Source: a virus
Taxonomy: Duplodnaviria > Caudoviricetes
Virus record (IMG/VR): IMGVR_UViG_3300040816_000414
Coordinates: 1-34,979 of that record
Length of the DNA stretch: 34,979 bases
Direction: 5' to 3' (one strand)
Part shown: piece after piece, positions 28,534 to 34,979 of the stretch
How the letters are laid out: the number at the start of each line of letters is the position of its first letter
Position numbering within the stretch: position 1 is the stretch's first letter
Made by a program: the position numbers and the translations under genes
The notes under the pieces: generated by a model
Database searches by the model: none
Seen by the model: the letters and a program-made list of their open reading frames with translations, nothing else
Told to the model about the DNA's origin: nothing

Positions 28534-29344
28534 TTTTCATTTAAATACTCGAGCAAGATTTCTTTTAAAAAAGCCACCTACGTATACTCTTACATTTAAA
28601 TTATACGATCATAGAGTTGCAAGGAGGATTTGGGAAATTTGTTTAAAGAATCCGTTACCGCCAGTATCACGAGATAGATTTTATGGATTTAATGATAGTC
28701 TAGAAGATATAGAAAAATCTTTACATAACTGCGTTGAACAGATTAAAACTCTTAGACCTGATTTAAATTTAGAAAATATAGATGCTAACTATTTGCATGA
28801 AAATTTTGTAAATTTACATAGTAACCTCACTGACTCGGAATTAGATAAAAAACTAAGTCATTGGTTAAGTATTTTAAATTATAAAATACACCAGTATGAG
28901 CAAATAGTTGCATTTGAAACACCACCCAAAAGATTTATTACAACAACAAATTATACAGGCGAACCATTAGAAGATGATGACTATGACTTGTTTACATTAG
29001 AATCGACTCCAGACATATTATATATGAACTACCCACATGTGGGTAAAGATCCGTTTGCTGTTTTTACTGATAACGATGTAACTATTCCTAAAGAACATAT
29101 ACATCCTACTAGTGTTTTAAAGCCGGACTTTTTAGTTTATTTTACTAAGCCTAGCCTTTTGCCGCCAGAAAGTTTGCTGATAAGAGCAAAAAGATTTTTG
29201 GCTAGAATGTATAAAAAATTACCTTACGATGTAGACGATAAAAGAATGGCATACGGTCGTATACCCTTAGGAAAATTAGTAGGCAAAGCAGACTTAGACA
29301 TTATTGCTGAAAATCTTTTTATAGATCGTATAGAAGTTAGATAA
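28523..29344 (+). CDS. Hypothetical protein (273 aa)
   Basis: Long ORF overlapping both neighbours in operon fashion, with no family I can name. Confidence 0.75.
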   Translation: MLIDFHLNTRARFLLKKPPTYTLTFKLYDHRVARRIWEICLKNPLPPVSRDRFYGFNDSLEDIEKSLHNCVEQIKTLRPDLNLENIDANYLHENFVNLHSNLTDSELDKKLSHWLSILNYKIHQYEQIVAFETPPKRFITTTNYTGEPLEDDDYDLFTLESTPDILYMNYPHVGKDPFAVFTDNDVTIPKEHIHPTSVLKPDFLVYFTKPSLLPPESLLIRAKRFLARMYKKLPYDVDDKRMAYGRIPLGKLVGKADLDIIAENLFIDRIEVR

Positions 29345-29769
29345 TGGCAAACTGGACTTATAATGGTAGTGTTGTAGATATATTACCAGAAGACTGCGAA
29401 GCATTTGTTTATTTGATTACTAACACTACAAACAATAAAAAGTACATAGGTAAAAAGTTAGCAAAGTTCAAAACAACCAAACCTCCCTTAAAAGGCAAAA
29501 AGAATAAACGTCGTGGTACAAAGGAAAGTGATTGGCGTACATATTGGGGGAGTTCAGATCATTTAAATGCAGATGTCGAAGAACTTGGAGAAAGCAGTTT
29601 TACTAGAGAAATATTACATTATTGTCCTAGTAGAGGTGTTGCAAGTTACTTAGAAGCACAAGAACAATTTGAAAGAAAAGTGCTACTCACAGACGAATAT
29701 TACAATGGTATTATCAATGTGAGAGTAGGTGGCTCAGAAATTCTTAAAGAGTCACTGACAAAGAAATAA
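29344..29769 (+). CDS. GIY-YIG family endonuclease (141 aa, single domain)
   Basis: FVYLITN...KKYIGKK, SDWRTYWGSS, FTREIL, YLEAQEQ and YYN: a GIY-YIG core with the conserved Glu and Asn and no C-terminal DNA-binding repeats. Confidence 0.85.
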   Translation: MANWTYNGSVVDILPEDCEAFVYLITNTTNNKKYIGKKLAKFKTTKPPLKGKKNKRRGTKESDWRTYWGSSDHLNADVEELGESSFTREILHYCPSRGVASYLEAQEQFERKVLLTDEYYNGIINVRVGGSEILKESLTKK

Positions 29770-29779
29770 CTATATACAC

Positions 29780-30270
29780 TTAAGGCACATTCAGACACCA
29801 AGTCATACTAATACAGGCACACATAGGATCATACACCGGCCCCAACCGAGGCATATTAAATCGGGCTCTTTGACAATCCGGCAATGGAAACACCCGGTGC
29901 GAGATTCTGGAGATGTATGACGGCAAAGATACAAACACACGATAAACAGTATTAAAAGTATTCAGGCTCTGGGAAAAAGCAACCTGAGAATTAATATAAA
30001 CGAACTCCACAAGTTTATATTAGTTTCCGTAAGTGCGAAAGCAGTGACGGTAGTGTATGGGGACAAAAGGCTTACTGGTTCCTAATAGCACCCGAGTTGG
30101 AGATGGCGATTGTCCATCGTGATGACCATTTTTTAATTCATCTGGCAACAGGTGAATTTTGGCTCTTGTTTCGTGATAACGGAGTTAATTTCAAACAAGT
30201 GAAAGAGTGTAGTGAAACGAAACGATTGAATGTAGTTTGATAAGACACGAAGTGTCTATAAAGTGCTTAA
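29780..30270 (+). ncRNA. Putative large structured non-coding RNA (unassigned family)
   Basis: A ~490-nt gap in a gene-dense genome, GC-richer than its flanks. It has many stems, GNRA tetraloops (GAAA 30037-30040, GCAA 30145-30148) and G-U pairs that work on the + strand, and its two ends are complementary. Confidence 0.6.
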
Positions 30271-30280
30271 CCCTAAAATA

Positions 30281-30517
30281 TTATAGATAATCATCTGTAT
30301 CTTTACCTGCTTTCTTGTTAATGAAGTCTGTTAGAGTTTTAGCAAATAATTCGCGTTCTAATCTAGATAATAGCATACAGTCAAAATAGGATATAGTACC
30401 GCTAGAATATACTACCAGTTCCATAATTTGTTTTTGTAGTTGGGTCGACTCGTCTTTAAGCCTCTTTAGGTACCCAACAATAGCGTCGGGCTCAGCCGAA
30501 CCTAGGAAGCCATGAAA
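30281..30517 (-). CDS. gp51-like extension frame, probably expressed by -1 frameshift from the gp26-like gene (or from ATG 30424 as 47 aa)
   Basis: The -1 frame is open from the slippery site to TAA 30283-30281: FHGFLGSAEPDAIVGYLKRLKDESTQLQKQIMELVVYSSGTISYFDCMLLSRLERELFAKTLTDFINKKAGKDTDDYL. Confidence 0.65.
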   Translation of the reverse strand, partial: FHGFLGSAEPDAIVGYLKRLKDESTQLQKQIMELVVYSSGTISYFDCMLLSRLERELFAKTLTDFINKKAGKDTDDYL

Positions 30518-31353
30518 AAATTTACAGGGTCAAACGATATAGTATTTTCAAATGTTTCTTCACATTTTTCACATTCAAAAGTAGCCTGATCCGCAATTCC
30601 TATATTATTAATAGTATTAGTTTCTTCGCTTATTGTTTTTCCAATATGCCCATCGCAATTTTCTAAAAATTCTAATATTTGCATACGATCAGTTACTACA
30701 ATATCTTTATCTTTGTTTAGAATAGTAATGCTTTGTACACTATCAACTAGTAATTCAAAATTAGATGAAGCAAGACGTACAAAGTTTTCATTAAATAATT
30801 TTAACCTATCTAAATCATCTGGTATATCACTGAGTGATTGTAGACTTCTAGTACTTTGAAAATTTGCTAAGCCGGCTTTTACTGTACTTCTGTAAGTGTA
30901 AGGCCTAAGTTCAATAACTAATTCATCGCCAACATTAAGTTTATAACTTTCTTCTAATGTACCCATTAATTCTAATACATTTTCAGCACTTAAAGTAATT
31001 TCGCAAACTTCTTCGCATTTTGGACAAGGTGCATTAATTGGAATATCGTCATTGTTCGAAGCACCAGTAATTGCTACTAATAGTGCATCAACATCAGGTG
31101 CATATATGTCTAAAGGCTTTTTAATATTTGGACAACAACTCATTAATAGTTGTGTTGTTGCTTCTCCGTTTAATAATGCATCAGGATTTTTCATCATGAT
31201 TTCATCTTTTGCAGTCATAGGAAAAATAGGAATCTCTCCTGACTCTGGTATTTCTATAACATCTTCTGAGTATAGACTTGTACCACTAGGTAACTTAACA
31301 TATAATTTAGGAGACCTAAAGTGGTTTACTAATGGATTTGGTTGATTTGTCAT
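30502..31353 (-). CDS. Baseplate hub assembly / tail assembly chaperone, T4 gp26-like (283 aa)
   Basis: NPLVNHFRSPKLYVKLPSG...PMTAKDEIMMKNPDALLNG...DVDALLVAI, two CxxC pairs (CPKC, CEKC) and a C-terminal FDPVNFF. AGGAG Shine-Dalgarno. Confidence 0.75.
   Translation of the reverse strand: MTNQPNPLVNHFRSPKLYVKLPSGTSLYSEDVIEIPESGEIPIFPMTAKDEIMMKNPDALLNGEATTQLLMSCCPNIKKPLDIYAPDVDALLVAITGASNNDDIPINAPCPKCEEVCEITLSAENVLELMGTLEESYKLNVGDELVIELRPYTYRSTVKAGLANFQSTRSLQSLSDIPDDLDRLKLFNENFVRLASSNFELLVDSVQSITILNKDKDIVVTDRMQILEFLENCDGHIGKTISEETNTINNIGIADQATFECEKCEETFENTISFDPVNFFMAS
30514..30523 (-). other. Candidate -1 programmed ribosomal frameshift site (A AAT TTT TTC)
   Basis: Two overlapping in-frame X XXY YYZ heptamers (A AAT TTT and T TTT TTC) lie three codons before the stop and are followed by a GC-rich stretch. 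Confidence 0.6.
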
Positions 31354-31356
31354 GTA

Positions 31357-31387
31357 TTAAAACTCCTGTTAATAAACTTGATAAATA
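31357..31387 (+). promoter_or_regulatory. Late promoter for the tape-measure-like gene
   Basis: TTAAAACTCCTGTTAATAAACTTGATAAATA. Confidence 0.65.
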
Positions 31388-31407
31388 TACATGTGATACT
31401 ATCGTTA

Positions 31408-31436
31408 TATTTATCACAGTTAAAACTATAGTTAAT
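31408..31436 (-). promoter_or_regulatory. Late promoter for the gp26-like gene
   Basis: Minus strand reads ATTAACTATAGTTTTAACTGTGATAAATA. Confidence 0.6.
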
Positions 31437-31445
31437 GGATTTTGA

Positions 31446-33872
31446 ATGGCAGACTGGACAAAAATAACAATTGATATAGACGGCAATCCGCAGTCTGTTG
31501 AATTGCCTGCCTATGCAAAACAAAGCACACAAGAAGAAATGCTTAAGGCTTTGGAAAAATTAGATGGAAGTTTTAATACAAAAACTCTGGAAAAATCAAT
31601 CAATAACCTTTCTAACGAAACATCCAGCAATTCTAAAACATTTAAAAAGTCAATGGACGATTTCACTAAAGAGATGGATCGGTCAAATGAAAAAATAAGA
31701 AAAAGTTATGAAGTAGCAATTGGTGAATTTACTGGTAGTGTTTTTGATACTATTGGAAAAGTTGGTTTAACATTAGGTGGAATATTTTTAACAGGTTTAA
31801 CTGTAACAGCCGGTAGGGCAATAAATTTAGGAAATGTATTTAACGATCTAACAAAATCCGGTATTGCATTTAACGAAAGTCAAGGCCGAGCAGTAATGCA
31901 ATCTCTGATTAATTTTAATAACTTAGGTATTAGTACAGAAGATGCAACAGATATTATGATGGACAATTCTCAAGTTACGAGATTGTTGACTGGAGGCATT
32001 GCTAATGCAACAGCAGAATTTTTAAAATTAACAAGTTATGGTGTTAATTTAGGTTTAACATTAGATGATTCTGTTAATATGTATACTAAAGAATTAACTG
32101 CAAGAACAGAATATCTTAATTTAGGAACTGTAGATGCAAAACAGCGATCTCTACTTACTGCAAACATTGTAGACACCACAAGAAAACAAGTAATTTATGC
32201 CCAAGCATTAGGTACTAGTGTTGAAGCAATACAAAGTTTTGTAAGAAATGTATTAGACGACAACGGTGCATTTTCTTCAGCATTGTTAAGAGTGCCTACT
32301 ATGGCAAGAGAAAATTTATTAAAAGGCGCAACAGACTTTTTAGGTACCATGAGAGCATTAGGTGGCGAAGTAGGTGGCGAACTTGGGGCGGCTACTTTAG
32401 AAGCCGCAACATTTGGCGCATTAGGATTCTCCGATGCGGCAATGAATTTTGTCACAGTATTACCATCGTTAGCATCAACAATGAACGGTGCAATCAGAGA
32501 TTTTGAGAGCGGTGTATTAGATGGTGCAGATGTATCTGAACAGTTTGCTCAACAATTAGGCAATCTTTCAAATGTTGAACGTGATAGAATATTTGCTTTT
32601 GCAAGGGCAGGCGATGAGACTGCTAAAGAATTAGCAAAAGCAGTTGTTCAATTTGAACAGTCTGCAAAAAGATTAGAAAAAATGGGGTTAGATCCTATAC
32701 CTGTACAAAAAGGATTTAATGCTTTTAATGTAATTGTTAAAAGGTTTAGTACTATAATTGATCAAGTTCTTAACACATTTATGTCTGGATTTGGAGACGG
32801 GTTACTAGATGTTACTACCAGTATGGAAAACCTTACACATTCTTTCTTTAGATTTGTGAATACAGCATTAGGTGATGCTGAAACCGGCTTAATGGATTTT
32901 GGTAGAAGAGTAGGACAAAAAACTGCTGAATTTATTGACTATCTAGATGGATTAATGACTGCGTTAACCGAGTCAGGTATGACATTTAAAGAACTTGGTG
33001 AGATGGTAAAGGTAGGTATATCGACACTTTTAGAAAAATCAATGGAGGCTCTCGTAGAGGGTTTAGTATATGCAATGGAACTGCTATTTACCCACCCAAA
33101 AGTAATAGGTGCCATGGTAGCCTTAATTACAGCATTAGCATTAACCAGAGGAATACCATTAGTACCTACTAAAGGAAAGGTGCCGACTTCTACAAAAGTA
33201 GCCACCACAGTAGCCACCGGAGCCACTGTGAGTACTGCCGCAGGTTCAATTCTAGGAGCAGATGGTAATCCAATTAGTTCAGATGGCCCAGATAAACCCA
33301 AATCACCTAAAAAACCAGGCTTGGGTAAAGTAGTAGGCAAAGGCCTTTTTACCAAAATACTTGCACCTATAGGTGCATATATGGCTGTTTCTGAAGGTGT
33401 AGCAGGTGCCCAAACTGGAGAAGGTGGATTGCAAAAAACCGGCAGAGGAATTAGTTCTGCTGTAAATAACTTGTCTTTCGGTGTAATAGGCAAATCTTCA
33501 GATGAATACAGATATAAAGACGAAGCATTTAAATTTGGAAATGAAACGTTAGCAATGGCTAACCAAACTGGCGGAATAGTTGACTTTACAGAAGAGACAA
33601 TGATGTCAGCAGTAAAGACAGCATTCCAAAAAGACAAAGAAACACAGGAAAAATACAGACAAGCCTTAATACAATTCTTAGAAAATCAAGACACTATTAA
33701 GAGTAGGCATGTAGCAATGGACAATCGTAACCCAAATTCAGAAGGTTATATCCAACCAGATGCAACATTTAGTGACGACAGCATGTCGTCGTTACTTATG
33801 AGTTTAAATAGATTAATTAAGATTAATGAACAAACCAAAAAATCCACAAAAGCAATAGAACAAAATTCATAA
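31446..33872 (+). CDS. Tape-measure-like protein (808 aa)
   Basis: Long helical A/G/L/M-rich protein with hydrophobic segments (VGLTLGGIFLTGLTVTAG, VIGAMVALITALAL), next to the gp26-like gene. The function is inferred. Confidence 0.6.
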   Translation: MADWTKITIDIDGNPQSVELPAYAKQSTQEEMLKALEKLDGSFNTKTLEKSINNLSNETSSNSKTFKKSMDDFTKEMDRSNEKIRKSYEVAIGEFTGSVFDTIGKVGLTLGGIFLTGLTVTAGRAINLGNVFNDLTKSGIAFNESQGRAVMQSLINFNNLGISTEDATDIMMDNSQVTRLLTGGIANATAEFLKLTSYGVNLGLTLDDSVNMYTKELTARTEYLNLGTVDAKQRSLLTANIVDTTRKQVIYAQALGTSVEAIQSFVRNVLDDNGAFSSALLRVPTMARENLLKGATDFLGTMRALGGEVGGELGAATLEAATFGALGFSDAAMNFVTVLPSLASTMNGAIRDFESGVLDGADVSEQFAQQLGNLSNVERDRIFAFARAGDETAKELAKAVVQFEQSAKRLEKMGLDPIPVQKGFNAFNVIVKRFSTIIDQVLNTFMSGFGDGLLDVTTSMENLTHSFFRFVNTALGDAETGLMDFGRRVGQKTAEFIDYLDGLMTALTESGMTFKELGEMVKVGISTLLEKSMEALVEGLVYAMELLFTHPKVIGAMVALITALALTRGIPLVPTKGKVPTSTKVATTVATGATVSTAAGSILGADGNPISSDGPDKPKSPKKPGLGKVVGKGLFTKILAPIGAYMAVSEGVAGAQTGEGGLQKTGRGISSAVNNLSFGVIGKSSDEYRYKDEAFKFGNETLAMANQTGGIVDFTEETMMSAVKTAFQKDKETQEKYRQALIQFLENQDTIKSRHVAMDNRNPNSEGYIQPDATFSDDSMSSLLMSLNRLIKINEQTKKSTKAIEQNS

Positions 33873-33895
33873 TATATCAATTCACATTGAACTAG

Positions 33896-33924
33896 TTGAC
33901 AATATACGATAAATAGTGTATTAT
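33896..33924 (+). promoter_or_regulatory. Nested sigma70-like promoter and late promoter upstream of portal
   Basis: TTGACA (33896-33901), 17 nt, TATTAT (33919-33924), with GATAAATA (33908-33915) inside the spacer. Confidence 0.55.
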
Positions 33925-33941
33925 ATACATAAAGGATTAAT

Positions 33942-34979
33942 ATGAGTTGGAGAAAATATTTTACATCAGTCGATAACAGCGGTTTACCGTTAAACGTAAC
34001 TGGTAGTAAAGATACTTCAGGCCCAGGAGCCGCAACAAGTAGGTATGCTAGTTGGTTACCTGAAGTTTATGCTGGAAGTCCTAATAGGCTCATGAGATAT
34101 ATGCAGTATGATCAGATGGATAATGATCTAGAAGTCAATGCCGCATTAGATACTATTGCAGAATTCGGCTCACAAGCAGAAGCAACTTCAAAATTTCCAT
34201 TTGAATTAAGTTACAAAGGAAAACCAAGCGATACTGAAAATAAAATCCTTACAAAATCATTAGAACAATGGTGCAGACTTAATGAAATGCATAAAAGAGC
34301 ATTTAGAATATTTCGTAGCACAATAAAATATGGCGATCAATTCTTTATTAGAGATCCAGAAACATACAAACTTTACTGGGTCGATCCAGCAAACATAGAA
34401 AAAGTCATTGTAAACGAAAGTGAAGGTAAGAAAATTGAAACTTATTTTATAAAAAATTTACAAGCAAACTTTGAACAGTTAGTAGCAACTGATGTTGCAC
34501 CTTTGCATTCGAGACCATATGGTGCAGGTGGCGGCATGATGGCTGGCGGTAATGTAGGAACATCAACTGGTAATTATTTGACAGGTGCTATGGACGGTGT
34601 AGACCAAGGATCACCTGTAGATGCTAAACACATTGTACATGTTAGTTTAACAGAAGGTATGGATCATGCATGGCCATTTGGTGTTAGTATTCTTGAACCT
34701 ATATTTAAAGTGTTCAAGCAAAAAGAACTATTAGAAGATTCTATTATTATATACAGAGTACATAGAGCACCTGAAAGACGTGTGTTCTTTATTGATGTTG
34801 GTAATATGCCACCTCACAAAGCAAGACAGTATTTAGAGCAAGTTAAATATGAAGTACAACAAAAACGTGTACCAAATAAAAACAAAGACGGCAACGGTGT
34901 AGCAGATGCGGCCTATAACCCAATGAGTATGTTAGAAGATTACTTCTTTGCTCAAACGGCAGATGGTAGAGGTAGTAAA
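33942..34979 (+). CDS. gp20: Portal protein, T4 gp20-like (partial, runs off window)
   Basis: ATG 33942 follows AAGGA. It reads MSWRKYF...YDQMDNDLEVNAALDTIAE...LLEDSIIIYRVHRAPERRVFFIDVGNMP...MSMLEDYFF, which is the gp20 signature. Confidence 0.93.
   Translation, partial: MSWRKYFTSVDNSGLPLNVTGSKDTSGPGAATSRYASWLPEVYAGSPNRLMRYMQYDQMDNDLEVNAALDTIAEFGSQAEATSKFPFELSYKGKPSDTENKILTKSLEQWCRLNEMHKRAFRIFRSTIKYGDQFFIRDPETYKLYWVDPANIEKVIVNESEGKKIETYFIKNLQANFEQLVATDVAPLHSRPYGAGGGMMAGGNVGTSTGNYLTGAMDGVDQGSPVDAKHIVHVSLTEGMDHAWPFGVSILEPIFKVFKQKELLEDSIIIYRVHRAPERRVFFIDVGNMPPHKARQYLEQVKYEVQQKRVPNKNKDGNGVADAAYNPMSMLEDYFFAQTADGRGSK

Noticed and set aside
29344-29769. Mobile homing endonuclease / intron-encoded ORF
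   Set aside because: It is a single small catalytic domain without NUMOD/HTH DNA-binding extensions and is not inside an interrupted gene.
29780-30010. 76-aa minus-strand ORF within the non-coding element
   Set aside because: No RBS, atypical composition, and the region is better explained by RNA/DNA secondary structure.
29780-30270. Group I/II intron, RNase P RNA, tmRNA, tRNA or CRISPR identity for the structured element
   Set aside because: There is no interrupted gene and no recognisable group I P7/J8-7 or group II domain V motif. ACAAAAGGCTTAC resembles the RNase P 3' motif, but the GAGGAAAGTCC partner is absent. No cloverleaf or repeat-spacer periodicity was seen. A covariance search is still needed.
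31357-31435. CtrA binding sites (TTAA-N7-TTAA)
   Set aside because: The spacing here is TTAA-N8-TTAA, not N7.
24960-33637. Short opposite-strand ORFs over gp55, gp47, gp46, gp26 and the tape-measure gene, including the 232-aa 32939-33637 ORF
   Set aside because: Antisense shadows of well-supported genes.

Overview
AT-rich (roughly 30-33% GC by eye) segment of a large T4-like/jumbo myophage genome, standard genetic code. On the minus strand (1-24646) is a baseplate/tail operon. It contains a giant (>4200 aa, GTG-initiated) baseplate wedge-like protein that runs off the window and is missing from the ORF track, plus gp6-like, gp25-like, GH24 lysozyme-like, gp5/VgrG-like spike, hub-like, gp53-like and tube-initiator genes. 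A plus-strand block (24774-29769) encodes a gp55-like late sigma factor, gp47/gp46 (Mre11/Rad50-like) nuclease, a hypothetical protein and a GIY-YIG endonuclease. It is followed by a ~490-nt non-coding, heavily base-paired element (29780-30270) that looks like a large structured RNA. Next come a gp26-like gene with a likely programmed -1 frameshift into a gp51-like extension, a divergent tape-measure-like gene and the 5' part of the gp20 portal gene. Top observations: the putative large ncRNA next to the GIY-YIG gene, the -1 frameshift, GC-richer enzyme-like modules inserted in the giant baseplate protein, and a bipartite late promoter (AAC-N4-GTT box plus GATAAATA). All family calls come from motif recognition by eye, with no database search.
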